Positions 19,596 to 41,058 of a stretch of DNA of 47,371 nucleotides are shown here, piece by piece. Position 1 is the first letter of the stretch. Every line of letters begins with the position of its first letter. The notes beneath the pieces are model-generated. The model saw only the letters and a list, made by a program, of their open reading frames with translations. It ran no database searches and was not told where the DNA came from. Made by a program: the position numbers and the translations under genes. Source of the DNA: Halomonas sp. (GTDB taxonomy: Bacteria; Pseudomonadota; Gammaproteobacteria; Pseudomonadales; Halomonadaceae); NCBI GenBank assembly GCA_020201075.1, contig JAIVHL010000130.1, forward strand, positions 1-47,371, read 5' to 3'.

Positions 19596-20096
19596 TTACC
19601 CCGTGATCGCTTCGACAGACAGACCGCGTTTCGCGGCAATGTCTTCCGGCGCTTGCATGGCAGTCAGGCCCCTGACGGTAGCCCGCACCACGTTCACCGG
19701 ATTGGTGGAACCGTAGCACTTGGCCAGGACGTCATGGACACCTGCCAATTCGAGCACGGAGCGCATGGCGCCGCCGGCAATGATGCCGGTACCCTCGGAA
19801 GCAGGCTGCATGTACACCTTGGAGGCGCCATGACGGGCCTTGACCGGGTACTGCAGGGTGCCGCCCGCGAGGTTAACCTTGACCATATTGCGGCGAGCCT
19901 GGTCCATCGCCTTCTGGATCGCGACCGGCACTTCTCGCGCCTTGCCACGACCGAAGCCGACTCGGCCCTTGCCATCACCAACGACGGTCAAGGCGGTGAA
20001 ACCGAAAATACGGCCACCCTTGACTACCTTGGCAACACGGTTGACCTGTACCAGTTTTTCCTGGAGATCGCCGCTTTGCTGTTCGTTCTTCGCCAT
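19596..20096 (-). CDS. rpsE: 30S ribosomal protein S5
   Basis: [12 protein letters not shown]; GTGIIAGG. Confidence 0.99.
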   Translation of the reverse strand: MAKNEQQSGDLQEKLVQVNRVAKVVKGGRIFGFTALTVVGDGKGRVGFGRGKAREVPVAIQKAMDQARRNMVKVNLAGGTLQYPVKARHGASKVYMQPASEGTGIIAGGAMRSVLELAGVHDVLAKCYGSTNPVNVVRATVRGLTAMQAPEDIAAKRGLSVEAITG

Positions 20097-20107
20097 CGTA
20101 AAACCCT

Positions 20108-20458
20108 TTAGAATTCCAGGCCGCCTTCACGAGCGGCGTCGGCCAGGGCCTTAACGCGCCCATGGTACTTGAAACCGGCACGATCAAAGGCCACCTGGGA
20201 GATGCCTGCTTCCTTGGCGCGCTCGGCAATCAGGGCGCCCACCTTAGCGGCGGCGTCGGCATTGCCGGTCGCACCCTCACGGAGGTCCTTGTCCAGCGTG
20301 GAAGCGCTGGCGAGGACCTTACCACCATCCGGCGAGATGATCTGCGCATAGATGTGGCGAGGAGTACGGTTAACACACAGGCGATACACGCCCAGCTCGC
20401 GGATCTTGGCGCGAGCACGGCGGGCACGACGGAGACGAGATTCTTTCTTCGCGTTCAT
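20108..20458 (-). CDS. rplR: 50S ribosomal protein L18
   Basis: HIYAQII; [21 protein letters not shown]. Confidence 0.99.
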   Translation of the reverse strand: MNAKKESRLRRARRARAKIRELGVYRLCVNRTPRHIYAQIISPDGGKVLASASTLDKDLREGATGNADAAAKVGALIAERAKEAGISQVAFDRAGFKYHGRVKALADAAREGGLEF

Positions 20459-20467
20459 AACCCTGCC

Positions 20468-20998
20468 TTACTTCTTCTTGGCTTCTTTGCGACGCACCTG
20501 CTCGTCGGCGTACCTAACACCCTTGCCCTTATAGGGCTCAGGGGGACGGAAGGCGCGGATTTCCGCGGCAACCTGGCCGAGCATCTGCTTGTCCGCGCTC
20601 TTGAGCACGATTTGAGTGTTCTTCGGCGTTTCCGCAAAGACACCCTCAGGCAGCGTATATTCGACCGGGTGCGAGAAGCCCAGTGACAGATTGAGCGTCT
20701 GGCCCTTAGCCTGGGCACGATAACCGACGCCGATGATTTCGAGGGACTTGGTGAAGCCTTCGCTCACGCCAGTGACCAGATTTTGAACCAGGGCACGGGT
20801 GGTGCCGGACATGGCCCAGCTCTTGGCGGCCTCGCTCGGCGCGAAAGTCAACTGACCCTCTTCCTGACCAATCACCACATCGGGGTGGATGGACAGGGAC
20901 AACGTACCTTGACCGCCTTTGACGGTCAGCTGGTTACCGTCGAGCTTGATCTCGACGCCAGCAGGTACTTTTACCGGATATTTGGCTACGCGGGACAT
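20468..20998 (-). CDS. rplF: 50S ribosomal protein L6
   Basis: MSRVAKYPV; [13 protein letters not shown]. Confidence 0.99.
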   Translation of the reverse strand: MSRVAKYPVKVPAGVEIKLDGNQLTVKGGQGTLSLSIHPDVVIGQEEGQLTFAPSEAAKSWAMSGTTRALVQNLVTGVSEGFTKSLEIIGVGYRAQAKGQTLNLSLGFSHPVEYTLPEGVFAETPKNTQIVLKSADKQMLGQVAAEIRAFRPPEPYKGKGVRYADEQVRRKEAKKK

Positions 20999-21007
20999 TC
21001 CAAACTC

Positions 21008-21400
21008 CTAGAATACGGTGCAGAGGACTTCGCCACCGACACCGGCCTTGCGAGCCGCGCGATCGGTCATCACCCCGTTGGAGGTGGTGACGATAGCGAT
21101 ACCCAGACCATCGGCGACCTTCGGCAGCCCATCCTTGCCCTTGTACTGGCGCAAAGACGGCTTGGAAACTCGCTGGATGTGCTCGATGACCGGCTTGCCC
21201 TCGAAATACTTGAGGATCACCGTCAGCTCGGGCTTGGCAGCCTCGGACACCGCGAAGTCGTTAATGTAACCCTCTTCCTTCAATACGCGGGCCACCTCGA
21301 TCTTCAGCTTGGAGGACGGCATGGTGACCGTCTCCTTGGTGGCCATCTGCGCATTGCGGATACGGGTGAACATATCCGCCAGAGTGTCTTGCATGCTCAT
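21008..21400 (-). CDS. rpsH: 30S ribosomal protein S8
   Basis: [13 protein letters not shown]; RVSKPSLR; GVGGEV. Confidence 0.99.
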   Translation of the reverse strand: MSMQDTLADMFTRIRNAQMATKETVTMPSSKLKIEVARVLKEEGYINDFAVSEAAKPELTVILKYFEGKPVIEHIQRVSKPSLRQYKGKDGLPKVADGLGIAIVTTSNGVMTDRAARKAGVGGEVLCTVF

Positions 21401-21429
21401 TTATGTTGCGCTCCTGATTCTCGCGTGGC

Positions 21430-21735
21430 TCACCAGCTGGACTTCTTCAGTCCAGGAACGTCACCACGCATGGCGGCTTCGCGAAGCTTGTTGCGGCCGA
21501 GGCCGAACTTGTTGTAGTAGCCGTGCGGACGGCCGGTGATGCGGCAGCGGTTACGCTGACGCACCGGGCTGGAGTCGCGCGGCAGCTGCTGGAGCTTCAG
21601 CGTCGCCTCGAAGCGCTCTTCATCAGAAGTGTTTACGTCCTGGATGATCGCCTTGAGCTCGGCACGCCTGGCAGCAAACTTCGCCACCATTTTTGTGCGC
21701 TTGAGCTCACGCTCTACCATGCTTTTCTTTGCCAT
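21430..21735 (-). CDS. rpsN: 30S ribosomal protein S14
   Basis: [22 protein letters not shown]; PGLKKSSW. Confidence 0.99.
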   Translation of the reverse strand: MAKKSMVERELKRTKMVAKFAARRAELKAIIQDVNTSDEERFEATLKLQQLPRDSSPVRQRNRCRITGRPHGYYNKFGLGRNKLREAAMRGDVPGLKKSSW

Positions 21736-21745
21736 GATCCCACCC

Positions 21746-22285
21746 TTATTTCTTGAACGGGAAGTTCAGCGCGCTCAACAGCGCACGACCTTCATCATCG
21801 GTTTTGGCGGTGGTGGTGATGGTGACATCCAGGCCACGAATCCGATCGATCTTATCATACTCGATCTCCGGAAAAATGATCTGCTCACGCACCCCCATGG
21901 AGTAGTTGCCACGACCGTCGAAGGACTTCGGGTTGAGACCACGGAAGTCACGAACGCGGGGGATCGCGATATTCACCAGGCGATCGAGGAAATCCCACAT
22001 GCGCTCGGAGCGCAGGGTTACCTTGATACCGATCGGCCAGCCTTCACGCACCTTGAAGCCCGCGATGGACTTGCGTGCCTTGGTTACCATCGGCTTCTGA
22101 CCGGAAAGCTTCTCGAGGTCACCGATGGCATTGTCGATCAGCTTTTTATCGCTGGTCGCTTCGCCGATACCCATATTCAAAGTCACCTTGGTGACCCGCG
22201 GCACCTGCATCACGTTGGCGTAGCTGAACTGCTCTTTGAGCTGAGCCACCACCTCGTTCTGATAACGTTCTTTCAAGTTCGCCAT
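21746..22285 (-). CDS. rplE: 50S ribosomal protein L5
   Basis: [15 protein letters not shown]; [10 protein letters not shown]. Confidence 0.99.
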   Translation of the reverse strand: MANLKERYQNEVVAQLKEQFSYANVMQVPRVTKVTLNMGIGEATSDKKLIDNAIGDLEKLSGQKPMVTKARKSIAGFKVREGWPIGIKVTLRSERMWDFLDRLVNIAIPRVRDFRGLNPKSFDGRGNYSMGVREQIIFPEIEYDKIDRIRGLDVTITTTAKTDDEGRALLSALNFPFKK

Positions 22286-22303
22286 TTTGCTACCCGACTC
22301 GCG

Positions 22304-22621
22304 TTAGGCGTCGATCTGCGTCTGCGTCGACTTGTAGATACGTACCTTGGTACCGTCTTCCTTCACCTGGAAGCCGACGCGATCCGCCTTACCGGTCTCC
22401 GAATTGAAGATGGCTACGTTGGACACGTGAATCGGAGCCTCGCGCTCGACGATACCGCCCTGATTGCCCGCCATGGGATTGGGCTTGGTGTGACGCTTCA
22501 TCATGTTCACACCGGACACGACGTAGCGATCGTCCTTGAGGACTCGCTTTACCGTGCCACGTTTGCCCTTATCCTTGCCGGCGATGACGACGACTTCGTC
22601 GTCACGTTTGATTTTTTGCAT
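22304..22621 (-). CDS. rplX: 50S ribosomal protein L24
   Basis: [14 protein letters not shown] motif; EAPIHVSNV. Confidence 0.99.
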   Translation of the reverse strand: MQKIKRDDEVVVIAGKDKGKRGTVKRVLKDDRYVVSGVNMMKRHTKPNPMAGNQGGIVEREAPIHVSNVAIFNSETGKADRVGFQVKEDGTKVRIYKSTQTQIDA

Positions 22622-22635
22622 ATCCGCCTTGCTCC

Positions 22636-23007
22636 TTACAGCACTTCAGGCGCCAAGGAAATGATCTTCATGAACTTTTCATTGCGAAGCTCACGAGTCA
22701 CCGGCCCAAAAATACGGGTACCGATCGGCTGTTCGTTGGTGTTGTTCAACAGAACCGCCGCATTTCCATCGAAGCGGATCAGCGAACCGTCGGGACGACG
22801 GACGCCGCTACGGGTGCGAACCACCACCGCTTTGAGGACTTGGCCCTTCTTGACCTTGCCACGCGGAATGGCTTCCTTAACCGTGACCTTAATGACATCA
22901 CCAACATGTGCGTAGCGACGGTGCGAACCGCCCAGCACCTTGATGCATTGCACCCGGCGCGCTCCGCTGTTGTCGGCGACATCCAGCATTGTCTGAGTCT
23001 GAATCAT
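22636..23007 (-). CDS. rplN: 50S ribosomal protein L14
   Basis: VADNSGAR; GTRIFGPV; [10 protein letters not shown]. Confidence 0.99.
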   Translation of the reverse strand: MIQTQTMLDVADNSGARRVQCIKVLGGSHRRYAHVGDVIKVTVKEAIPRGKVKKGQVLKAVVVRTRSGVRRPDGSLIRFDGNAAVLLNNTNEQPIGTRIFGPVTRELRNEKFMKIISLAPEVL

Positions 23008-23059
23008 CGGTTTTCTCCAAACCTAATCTGACTGCACTGGTTTGACAGGCGTGTGCCAA

Positions 23060-23320
23060 TCAGCCCTTGGCCTGCTCAACCACCTCGACCAACATCCAGG
23101 ACTTTGTCTTGGACAGCGGGCGGCACTCCTGCAAGGAGACCGTATCGCCGGCCTTGGCCTGATTCGCCTCGTCATGGGCGTGCAGCTTGGTGGAGCGCTT
23201 GACGTACTTGCCGTAGATCGGATGGCGCACGCGCCGCTCGATCATTACGACGATGGATTTGTCCATCTTGTCGCTCACCACTTTGCCGGTAAGCGTACGG
23301 GCTTTCTTTTCTTCGACCAT
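23060..23320 (-). CDS. rpsQ: 30S ribosomal protein S17
   Basis: [11 protein letters not shown]; ECRPLSKTK. Confidence 0.98.
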   Translation of the reverse strand: MVEEKKARTLTGKVVSDKMDKSIVVMIERRVRHPIYGKYVKRSTKLHAHDEANQAKAGDTVSLQECRPLSKTKSWMLVEVVEQAKG

Positions 23321-23321
23321 C

Positions 23322-23513
23322 TCAGTCACCTGCCTTCTCGTTGAGCACAGTCTTCACCCGGGCAATGTCCCGACGAACCTGCTTGAGCAGATGAGTCTGG
23401 CTGAGCTGACCGGTGGCCTTCTGCATGCGCAGGTTGAACTGCTCGCGGAGGAGTTCGAAAAGCTGATTTTTCAGCTCATCGACTGATTTTTCACGGATTT
23501 CCTGGGCTTTCAT
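23322..23513 (-). CDS. rpmC: 50S ribosomal protein L29
   Basis: EQFNLRMQ...[10 protein letters not shown]; TGATG overlap with rplP. Confidence 0.98.
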   Translation of the reverse strand: MKAQEIREKSVDELKNQLFELLREQFNLRMQKATGQLSQTHLLKQVRRDIARVKTVLNEKAGD

Positions 23514-23926
23514 CACATCACCGTCCGTTTCACAAAGGTGGTGGACAAGGGCATCTTCTGGGCCGCCAAAGTGAAGGCTTCACGAGCCAACTCTTCGGAA
23601 ACACCTTCGATTTCATACAGGACCCGACCCGGCTGGATCTGTGCGACCCAGTACTCGACGGAGCCCTTACCCTTACCCATACGGACTTCGAGTGGCTTCT
23701 TGGAAATCGGCTTGTCCGGGAACACGCGGATCCAGATTTTCCCGCCACGCTTGACGTGACGGCTGATCGCACGACGGCCGGCCTCGATCTGGCGCGCAGT
23801 AATGCGGCCGCGACCGGTAGCCTTGAGGCCATATTCCCCGAAGCTGATCTTGCTTCCGCGATGCGCCAGGCCACGGTTGCGGCCTTTCTGCATCTTGCGA
23901 AATTTCATACGCTTGGGTTGTAACAT
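23513..23926 (-). CDS. rplP: 50S ribosomal protein L16
   Basis: [11 protein letters not shown]; RMGKGKG. Confidence 0.99.
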   Translation of the reverse strand: MLQPKRMKFRKMQKGRNRGLAHRGSKISFGEYGLKATGRGRITARQIEAGRRAISRHVKRGGKIWIRVFPDKPISKKPLEVRMGKGKGSVEYWVAQIQPGRVLYEIEGVSEELAREAFTLAAQKMPLSTTFVKRTVM

Positions 23927-23941
23927 CGACTCGCTCTCCCC

Positions 23942-24640
23942 TTACCTGGAACCTTTCTTCTTGGAGGGCGCTGCCTGAGGCTGCTTAGCCTTGGCGCGGA
24001 CCTCCTCGATGCCCCCGAGGATTTCACCCTTGAAGACCCAAACCTTGACACCGATGATGCCGTAGGTGGTCTTGGCCTCAAAGGCGGCGTAGTCAATGTC
24101 CGCACGCAGGGTATGCAGCGGCACGCGGCCCTCACGGTACCATTCGGTACGCGCGATCTCGGCGCCACCCAGGCGACCTGACAACATCACCTTGATACCA
24201 CCTGCACCCAGCCGCATGGCGTTCTGCACCGAACGCTTCATGGCGCGACGGAACATGACGCGGCGCTCGAGCTGACCGGCGATGTTCTGGGCCACAAGCA
24301 TGGCGTCAAGCTCAGGCTTGCGAACTTCCTCGATGTTGACGTGCACAGGCACGCCCATCATCGCGGTGACGTCACGGCGCAGGCGATCAACGTCTTCGCC
24401 CTTCTTGCCAATCACAATGCCTGGACGGGCAGTGTGAATGGTGATGCGCGCGTTATTGGCAGGACGCTCGATAGTGATGCGGCTCACGGAAGCGTTCTTG
24501 AGGCGCTCCACGAGAAAGCTGCGCACTGCGAGGTCGCTGTTGAGCTTATCGGCATAGGCGCCGCGCTCGGCGTACCAGACTGAGGTATGGTCTTTGACAA
24601 TACCCAGCCGTATGCCTGTTGGATGTACTTTCTGACCCAT
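23942..24640 (-). CDS. rpsC: 30S ribosomal protein S3
   Basis: [13 protein letters not shown]; [14 protein letters not shown]. Confidence 0.99.
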   Translation of the reverse strand: MGQKVHPTGIRLGIVKDHTSVWYAERGAYADKLNSDLAVRSFLVERLKNASVSRITIERPANNARITIHTARPGIVIGKKGEDVDRLRRDVTAMMGVPVHVNIEEVRKPELDAMLVAQNIAGQLERRVMFRRAMKRSVQNAMRLGAGGIKVMLSGRLGGAEIARTEWYREGRVPLHTLRADIDYAAFEAKTTYGIIGVKVWVFKGEILGGIEEVRAKAKQPQAAPSKKKGSR

Positions 24641-24651
24641 CTGGTCGACTC

Positions 24652-24984
24652 CTACTTCTCGGCTACCTTGACGGTGATGTGGCAGGTGCGCTTCAAGATA
24701 CGATCTGCGCGGCCCTTGGCACGCGGCTTGATACGCTTGAGCGTCATGCCCTCATCGACGCAGATGGTCGAGACACGCAGCTCGTCGATATCCATGCCGT
24801 TGTTTTCTTCCGCATTCGCAATGGCGGACTGCAGCACCTTCTTGACCAGCTTGGCAGCCTTCTTCGGTGAGAAGGTCAGCAGGTCCAGCGCCTCGGCGAC
24901 CGGTTTACCGCGCACCTGGTCAGCCACCAAACGGGCCTTCTGGGCGGATAAACGAGCGCCACGCAGCTTAGCTGTGACTTCCAT
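24652..24984 (-). CDS. rplV: 50S ribosomal protein L22
   Basis: [14 protein letters not shown]; PRAKGRA. Confidence 0.99.
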   Translation of the reverse strand: MEVTAKLRGARLSAQKARLVADQVRGKPVAEALDLLTFSPKKAAKLVKKVLQSAIANAEENNGMDIDELRVSTICVDEGMTLKRIKPRAKGRADRILKRTCHITVKVAEK

Positions 24985-25002
24985 CTCTCAATCCTCTCTG
25001 GC

Positions 25003-25278
25003 TTACCGTTTGGCTTTCTTGTCCGCCGCATGACCGCGATAGGTGCGGGTAGCAGCGAATTCGCCCAGCTTGTGGCCAACCATTTCCTCGGCGACGTGCA
25101 CCGGGATGTGCTGGCGACCGTTATGGACCGCAATGGTGAGCCCGACCATATTGGGCAGGATCATGGAACGACGCGACCAGGTCTTGATCGGTTTGCGATC
25201 GTTCTTCTCCACTGCAGCCTCAACCTTCTTCAACAGATGAAGGTCAATGAAGGGACCTTTCTTCAGTGAACGTGGCAC
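25003..25278 (-). CDS. rpsS: 30S ribosomal protein S19
   Basis: [11 protein letters not shown]; MVGHKLGEF. Confidence 0.99.
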   Translation of the reverse strand: MPRSLKKGPFIDLHLLKKVEAAVEKNDRKPIKTWSRRSMILPNMVGLTIAVHNGRQHIPVHVAEEMVGHKLGEFAATRTYRGHAADKKAKR

Positions 25279-25311
25279 AGCCGTTACCTCTTAAAGTCTT
25301 AGCGTTTTCAA

Positions 25312-26142
25312 TCAGTTCCGGGCCTTGCGGCGACGGATGATCAGCTTGTCGGTGCGCTTGTTCTTACGGGTCTTGTGGCCCTTGGTGGGGATACCCCACG
25401 GAGACACCGGATGACGACCACCGCTGGTGCGGCCTTCGCCGCCGCCGTGCGGGTGATCCACCGGGTTCATGGCCACACCGCGAACGGTCGGACGCACACC
25501 TCTCCAGCGCTTCGCACCGGCCTTGCCAAGCTGACGCAGGCTGTGCTCGGAGTTGCTCACTTCCCCCAGGGTCGCGCGGCATTCGCTTAGCACCTTACGC
25601 ATCTCGCCGGAGCGCAAACGCAGGGTGGCATAGCTGCCTTCACGGGCCACTAGCTGGGCGCTGGTGCCGGCACTGCGAGCGATTTGAGCACCCTTGCCGG
25701 GCTTGAGCTCAATGCAGTGAACGGTAGAACCCAGCGGAATATTACGCAGCGAAAGGGTATTGCCCTTCTTGATAGCTGCGTTGACGCCAGACTCGACCTT
25801 GTCGCCCGTGCTCACGCCTTTGGGCGCGATAATGTAGCGGCGTTCGCCGTCCAGATATTTCAGCAGCGCGATGTTGGCGCTACGATTTGGATCATACTCA
25901 ATCCGCTCAACGACAGCCGGAATGCCATCCTTGGTGCGCTTGAAGTCAATGATCCGGTAGTGCTGACGGTGACCACCACCCACGTGACGCGTGGTGATAC
26001 GACCGTTGTTATTACGACCACCGCTGCGCGACTGCTTTTCTACAAGCGCCGCGAAGGGCTTACCCTTATGCAACTCGTCGTTCACGACCTTGACAAGGTG
26101 GCGACGACCGGGAGATGTGGGTTTAGTCTTGACGATTGCCAT
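25312..26142 (-). CDS. rplB: 50S ribosomal protein L2
   Basis: [17 protein letters not shown]. Confidence 0.99.
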   Translation of the reverse strand: MAIVKTKPTSPGRRHLVKVVNDELHKGKPFAALVEKQSRSGGRNNNGRITTRHVGGGHRQHYRIIDFKRTKDGIPAVVERIEYDPNRSANIALLKYLDGERRYIIAPKGVSTGDKVESGVNAAIKKGNTLSLRNIPLGSTVHCIELKPGKGAQIARSAGTSAQLVAREGSYATLRLRSGEMRKVLSECRATLGEVSNSEHSLRQLGKAGAKRWRGVRPTVRGVAMNPVDHPHGGGEGRTSGGRHPVSPWGIPTKGHKTRKNKRTDKLIIRRRKARN

Positions 26143-26159
26143 TGTGCGTACTCCTGCCC

Positions 26160-26456
26160 TTATTCGGCGCCAGAGAAGTCTTCAAGGGTTTCGCCGGCGG
26201 CCAATGATACATAGGCCTTGCGATACCCCTTGCGGTGACCCAGACCTTGCGCAGTGCGCTTGGTCTTGCCCTTGACGTTCAGCGTCTGAACGCCCTCGAC
26301 CTTCTTGCCGAACAGAGCCTCGACAGCCTTCTTGATCTCGGGCTTGGTCGCATCGCTGGCCACCTTGAACACGTACTGGTTGCGTTCGGCAGCCATGGCG
26401 GCCTTTTCGGTCACGTGCGGACCCAGCAGGACCTTAAATACACGCTCCTGGTTCAT
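26160..26456 (-). CDS. rplW: 50S ribosomal protein L23
   Basis: PHVTEKA; [11 protein letters not shown]; KAYVSL. Confidence 0.99.
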   Translation of the reverse strand: MNQERVFKVLLGPHVTEKAAMAAERNQYVFKVASDATKPEIKKAVEALFGKKVEGVQTLNVKGKTKRTAQGLGHRKGYRKAYVSLAAGETLEDFSGAE

Positions 26457-27058
26457 GCCAGCTTCTCCTCGAATTTGCGCAGGGCGGAGACGGTGACCAG
26501 CACCTTATCGAAGGCGACCAGACTCACCGGGTCAGCGGCGGCAACGTCCACCACATCCACGTTAGGAATGTTGCGGGCGGCCAGATAGAGCTTCTCGTCG
26601 ACTTCCTCGGTGACGATCAGCACTCTCTCGAGACCCAGCTCGCTGAGCTTGGCAACAAGCTCCTTGGTCTTCGGCGCTTCAACGGTGATCTCCTCGACGG
26701 CCACCAGACGCTCCTGACGCACCAGCTCGGAGAGAATGGAGCGCATCGCCGCGCGGTACATCTTGCGGTTGACCTTCTGCGAGTGGTCCTGAGGACGCGC
26801 TGCAAAGGTCACACCGCCACTGCGCCACAGCGGAGAGCGGATGGTACCGGCACGAGCGCGACCGGTGCCTTTCTGACGCCACGGCTTCTTACCACCACCA
26901 CGGACATCGGAACGGTTCTTCTGAGCACGAGTCCCCTGACGGCCACCGGCCAGATAGGCGGTGACAACCTGGTGCACCAGTGCTTCATTGAATTCTTTGC
27001 CAAAGGTGACGTCGGACACTTCGACGGTGCCCGCCCCGGCTGCAAGATTCAGATTCAT
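26453..27058 (-). CDS. rplD: 50S ribosomal protein L4
   Basis: [18 protein letters not shown]. Confidence 0.99.
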   Translation of the reverse strand: MNLNLAAGAGTVEVSDVTFGKEFNEALVHQVVTAYLAGGRQGTRAQKNRSDVRGGGKKPWRQKGTGRARAGTIRSPLWRSGGVTFAARPQDHSQKVNRKMYRAAMRSILSELVRQERLVAVEEITVEAPKTKELVAKLSELGLERVLIVTEEVDEKLYLAARNIPNVDVVDVAAADPVSLVAFDKVLVTVSALRKFEEKLA

Positions 27059-27073
27059 CGGTATCTATCCCCT

Positions 27074-27712
27074 TCAGCCAGCTTTCACGGCGGTGCGCAC
27101 GACGACATCACTTCCGGTAGCACCGGGAACGGCGCCTTTGACCAGCAGTAGATTACGTTCGGTGTCGACACGCACGACTTCGAGGCTTTGGACGGTGCAA
27201 CGGACGTTGCCCATCTGGCCGGCCATCTTCTTGCCCTTGAACACACGACCAGGGGTCTGGCACATGCCGATGGAGCCCGGCGCGCGGTGAGAAAGGGAGT
27301 TGCCGTGGGTCATGTCCTGGGTACGGAAATTCCAGCGCTTGACTGCGCCCTGAAAGCCCTTGCCCTTGGAGGTACCGGTCACATCGATCTTCTGACCAGC
27401 TTCAAAGAGGGATACGGTGAATTCACCGCCCACTTCCGGAGCTTCGTCGCCTTCTGCCAGGCGGAACTCCATCAGTGACCGGCCAGCCTCTACACCCGCC
27501 TTGGCGTACTGACCCGCCTGGGCTTTGGTGAGATGCTTGGCCTTGCGAGAGCCGGCTGTCACCTGAACCGCCGCGTAGCCGTCATTTTCGACAGTCTTGA
27601 CGCAAGTGATGCGGTTGGGAGCAACCTCGATCACGGTTACGGGCACAGAAGCGCCATCTTCGGCAAAGACACGGGTCATTCCGGCCTTTTTACCGACTAA
27701 ACCGATAGTCAT
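27074..27712 (-). CDS. rplC: 50S ribosomal protein L3
   Basis: GKKAGMT; SKGKGFQG; [12 protein letters not shown]. Confidence 0.99.
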   Translation of the reverse strand: MTIGLVGKKAGMTRVFAEDGASVPVTVIEVAPNRITCVKTVENDGYAAVQVTAGSRKAKHLTKAQAGQYAKAGVEAGRSLMEFRLAEGDEAPEVGGEFTVSLFEAGQKIDVTGTSKGKGFQGAVKRWNFRTQDMTHGNSLSHRAPGSIGMCQTPGRVFKGKKMAGQMGNVRCTVQSLEVVRVDTERNLLLVKGAVPGATGSDVVVRTAVKAG

Positions 27713-27727
27713 ACTCAGTCTCCTTTA

Positions 27728-27779
27728 GTGTACGGGGCTATCACCCGCTATGGCTGCCCTTTCCAGAGCATTCCACTAG
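27728..27779 (-). promoter_or_regulatory. 23S rRNA domain I (H18-H20) mimic abutting the rplC RBS; candidate L4/L24-binding operator
   Basis: Minus strand CTAGTGGAATGCTCTGGAAAGGGCAGCCATAGCGGGTGATAGCCCCGTACAC followed by TAAAGGAG; resembles recalled 23S rRNA ~nt 295-343. Confidence 0.7.
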
Positions 27780-27873
27780 CACGTTGTATGGCGCCTCACG
27801 GCGCGGCGGCTGCTGCTAAAGCCAACTATTTATAAGAGGCGATGAGCGCTGGGCCGCGAGTGTCTAGATGGAA

Positions 27874-28185
27874 TCAGTCGAGCTTGATTTGCACGTCAAC
27901 GCCAGCGGCGAGGTCGAGCTTCATCAGCGCGTCTACGGTCTTTTCCGTGGGTTCGACGATGTCGAGTACACGCTTGTGGGTACGAATCTCGTACTGATCG
28001 CGCGCGTCCTTGTTGACGTGCGGAGAGATCAGAACGGTGTACCGCTCGCGGTTTGTCGGCAAAGGAATCGGACCACGAACCTGGGCGCCGGTACGCTTGG
28101 CGGTTTCAACGATCTCCGCGGCGGACTGGTCGATCAGGCGATGGTCAAAGGCCTTCAACCGAATGCGAATCTTCTGGTTCTGCAT
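27874..28185 (-). CDS. rpsJ: 30S ribosomal protein S10
   Basis: [19 protein letters not shown]; GPIPLPT. Confidence 0.99.
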   Translation of the reverse strand: MQNQKIRIRLKAFDHRLIDQSAAEIVETAKRTGAQVRGPIPLPTNRERYTVLISPHVNKDARDQYEIRTHKRVLDIVEPTEKTVDALMKLDLAAGVDVQIKLD

Positions 28186-28249
28186 TTGCCCTTCACTCCA
28201 ATGGATCTCGACGGCGCGAGCCGTCAACCCACGCATTCAAAGGATGCGC

Positions 28250-28278
28250 ATTATATGTGCGCCACGGACAAGTGTCAA
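28250..28278 (-). promoter_or_regulatory. S10 operon promoter
   Basis: Perfect consensus TTGACA-N17-TATAAT. Confidence 0.88.
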
Positions 28279-28297
28279 ACACTCTCCGCGCTGCGCA

Positions 28298-28325
28298 GAA
28301 AGGGGGCTCCTAACGGAGCCCCCTT
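28298..28325 (-). terminator. Terminator of the str operon
   Basis: AAGGGGGCTCC-GTTA-GGAGCCCCCTTTC downstream of the tuf stop. Confidence 0.75.
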
Positions 28326-28346
28326 AGATCATCGCTCGGCCGAAGC

Positions 28347-29540
<1,194 letters not shown>

Positions 29541-29569
29541 TGCTATAACCTCTTTACGTTAGCTAACGG

Positions 29570-31690
29570 TTAACCGTTTTGGTTGATGACGGCTTCAACG
29601 ACGCTGGACGGCGCCTCTTCGTAATCCGCAAACTCCATGACGTAGCTTGCGCGGCCCTGGGTCTGAGAACGCAGATCGGTCGCGTAACCGAACATCTCAG
29701 CCAACGGAACCCGAGCGCGGATGATCTTGCCCATTGAGGAATCATCCATGCCCTCTACCAGACCACGGCGACGGTTCAGGTCGCCCATGACATCACCCAT
29801 GTAGTCCTCGGGGGTGACGACCTCGACCTTCATCACCGGCTCCAGCAGCACGGCCTTGGCCTTCTTGGCGCCTTCCTTGACGGCCATGGAAGAGGCAACC
29901 TTGAACGCAGTCTCGTTCGAGTCCACGTCATGGTAGGAACCGTCGAACAGCGTAACCTTGACGTCGATCATCGGGTAGCCCGCGATGACACCGTTTTTCA
30001 GCTGCTCGTAGGCCCCTTTCTCGACGGCCGGCACGTATTCCTTGGGAACCACACCGCCGACGACCTCGGAAGCGAATTTGAAGTGCATGTCTTCATCTTC
30101 GCCCTTGTCTTCCTTGGTGAGCGGTTCGATGCGAAGCCACACATGGCCGTACTGGCCGCGACCGCCGGACTGACGCACGAACTTGCCTTCCTGCTCCACC
30201 TTGCCGCGGATGGTCTCGCGGTAGGCCACCTGCGGCTTGCCGATATTGGCCTCGACCTTGAACTCGCGACGCATGCGGTCGACAAGGATGTCCAGGTGAA
30301 GCTCGCCCATGCCGGAGATAATGGTCTGGCCGGTCTCTTCGTCGGTGCGGACCTGGAAGGACGGATCTTCCTGGGCCAGCTTGCCCAGCGCCACGCCCAT
30401 CTTTTCCTGATCGGCCTTGGACTTCGGCTCCACGGCCACGGAGATGACCGGATCCGGGAACTCCATGCGCTCCAGAACGATCTTGTCGGTCAGATCGCAG
30501 AGAGTGTCACCGGTGGTGACGTCCTTGAGGCCGATACAGGCCGCGATGTCGCCGGCTCGTACTTCCTTGATCTCTTCGCGGGAGTTGGCGTGCATCTGGA
30601 CGATACGTCCAACTCGCTCTTTCTTGCTCTTGACCGAGTTGAAGACACCATCACCGGAGTTAAGCACCCCGGAGTAAACGCGAATAAACGTCAGGGTGCC
30701 GACGAAGGGGTCGGTGGCGATCTTGAACGCCAGGGCGGCGAAGGGTGCGCTGTCGTCGGCCTCGCGGGTAGCGACGGTGCCATCCCGGTCGTCCAGCTCA
30801 CCCTCGATGGCCTTGACCTCGGTCGGTGACGGCATGAACTCGATGACGCCATCCAGCACTGCCTGAACGCCCTTGTTCTTGAACGCCGAGCCACAGGTAA
30901 CCAGTACGATCTCGTTGGACAGCGTACGCGCGCGCAGACCAGCTTTGATCTCTTCGATGGTCAGCTCGCCGCCTTCAAGGTACTTATCCATGAGCTCTTC
31001 GGAGCCCTCGGCAGCCGCCTCGACCATTTCCTCACGATATTTCTCGGCGGTTTCCTGAAGCTCTGCCGGAATATCCACGAGGTCATAGGTCATGCCCAGG
31101 CTTTCTTCATCCCAGAGAATGCCCTTCATCTGAATCAGGTCGATGACGCCCTTGAAGTTTTCCTCGGTGCCCCAGTTGATCTGGATCGGCACCGCATTGG
31201 CGCCCAGGCGGTCCTTGAGCTGATCGACGACCATGAAGAAGTCGGCGCCGGTGCGGTCCATCTTGTTGACGAACACCATCCGCGGCACTTCGTACTTGTT
31301 GGCCTGGCGCCAGACAGTCTCGGTTTGCGGTTGCACACCGGAAGAGCCGCACAGCACCACCACGGCACCATCGAGAACGCGCAGGGAACGTTCGACTTCG
31401 ATAGTGAAGTCCACGTGTCCAGGGGTGTCGATGATGTTGATGCGGTGCTCATCGAACTGCTTGTTCATGCCCTGCCAGAAACAGGTGGTAGCCGCGGAGG
31501 TGATGGTAATGCCACGCTCCTGCTCCTGCTCCATCCAGTCCATGGTAGCAGCGCCGTCGTGCACCTCACCCACCTTGTGGGAGAGGCCGGTATAGAACAG
31601 CACGCGCTCTGTCGTGGTGGTCTTGCCGGCATCGACGTGGGCGACGATTCCGATATTGCGATAGCGATTTAGTGGAGTCTTGCGAGCCAC
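29570..31690 (-). CDS. fusA: Elongation factor G
   Basis: [23 protein letters not shown]. Confidence 0.99.
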   Translation of the reverse strand: MARKTPLNRYRNIGIVAHVDAGKTTTTERVLFYTGLSHKVGEVHDGAATMDWMEQEQERGITITSAATTCFWQGMNKQFDEHRINIIDTPGHVDFTIEVERSLRVLDGAVVVLCGSSGVQPQTETVWRQANKYEVPRMVFVNKMDRTGADFFMVVDQLKDRLGANAVPIQINWGTEENFKGVIDLIQMKGILWDEESLGMTYDLVDIPAELQETAEKYREEMVEAAAEGSEELMDKYLEGGELTIEEIKAGLRARTLSNEIVLVTCGSAFKNKGVQAVLDGVIEFMPSPTEVKAIEGELDDRDGTVATREADDSAPFAALAFKIATDPFVGTLTFIRVYSGVLNSGDGVFNSVKSKKERVGRIVQMHANSREEIKEVRAGDIAACIGLKDVTTGDTLCDLTDKIVLERMEFPDPVISVAVEPKSKADQEKMGVALGKLAQEDPSFQVRTDEETGQTIISGMGELHLDILVDRMRREFKVEANIGKPQVAYRETIRGKVEQEGKFVRQSGGRGQYGHVWLRIEPLTKEDKGEDEDMHFKFASEVVGGVVPKEYVPAVEKGAYEQLKNGVIAGYPMIDVKVTLFDGSYHDVDSNETAFKVASSMAVKEGAKKAKAVLLEPVMKVEVVTPEDYMGDVMGDLNRRRGLVEGMDDSSMGKIIRARVPLAEMFGYATDLRSQTQGRASYVMEFADYEEAPSSVVEAVINQNG

Positions 31691-31735
31691 GGTGGAACTC
31701 CCCGTTGGTTGGCGATGCGTTGAGAAGCGCTGCCC

Positions 31736-32337
<602 letters not shown>

Positions 32338-32712
32338 TCAGGCCTTGGGACGCTTGGCACCATACTTGGAACGACCCTGCTTGCGGTTCTGCACGCCAGA
32401 GGTGTCCAGGGCGCCACGCACGGTGTGATAGCGCACACCGGGAAGGTCCTTGACACGACCGCCGCGAATCAGAACCACGGAGTGTTCCTGGAGGTTGTGG
32501 CCTTCACCGCCGATGTAAGAAGACACCTCGAAGCCGTTGGTAAGGCGTACGCGACAAACCTTACGCAGGGCCGAGTTCGGCTTCTTCGGGGTGGTGGTGT
32601 AGACGCGGGTGCAAACGCCGCGCTTCTGCGGACAGGCCTGCAGCGCCGGCACGTCACTCTTGGTGACAGGGCGCTTGCGCGGCTTGCGCACGAGCTGATT
32701 GATTGTTGCCAT
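32338..32712 (-). CDS. rpsL: 30S ribosomal protein S12
   Basis: [11 protein letters not shown]; [10 protein letters not shown]. Confidence 0.99.
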   Translation of the reverse strand: MATINQLVRKPRKRPVTKSDVPALQACPQKRGVCTRVYTTTPKKPNSALRKVCRVRLTNGFEVSSYIGGEGHNLQEHSVVLIRGGRVKDLPGVRYHTVRGALDTSGVQNRKQGRSKYGAKRPKA

Positions 32713-32792
32713 GGGTAGTAGCTGACTCCAATGGGTTGCCTTGGCCTTTTCAGCGGATGCGGGCGTACCCACCCCACTGTTAAAGGCTGCGC

Positions 32793-32822
32793 ATTCTAAT
32801 AGCTGACCCTGTGCCCCGTCAA
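32793..32822 (-). promoter_or_regulatory. str operon promoter
   Basis: TTGACG-N18-TAGAAT. Confidence 0.7.
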
Positions 32823-32825
32823 GAC

Positions 32826-32855
32826 CAATGCTCCGCCCACGTGGGCGGAGCATTG
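32826..32855 (-). terminator. Perfect 30-bp palindrome after rpoC, probable terminator
   Basis: CAATGCTCCGCCCAC|GTGGGCGGAGCATTG. Confidence 0.6.
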
Positions 32856-32870
32856 ATGACGGAACGGGGG

Positions 32871-40898
<8,028 letters not shown>

Positions 40899-41058
40899 CT
40901 GTATTCCCCAGCTTGTTCACCATGGGTGACCGATGCGTGGTCGGCGCCACCCGACGGACGCGACGCCGTCAGGCGATGAAGGCAAGCACCTGGCATGGCT
41001 GCTCGCCTTCGGAATTCGGCTGGCGATTCTGCCCTGTCGGCAGAAGCCAGTGACAACG

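Noticed and set aside
27713-27873. Misassembled rRNA chimera or rRNA pseudogene at the rplC spacer
   Set aside because: The match is short, diverged with pairing preserved, and positioned exactly against the rplC RBS; more consistent with a cis-element, though read support should be checked.
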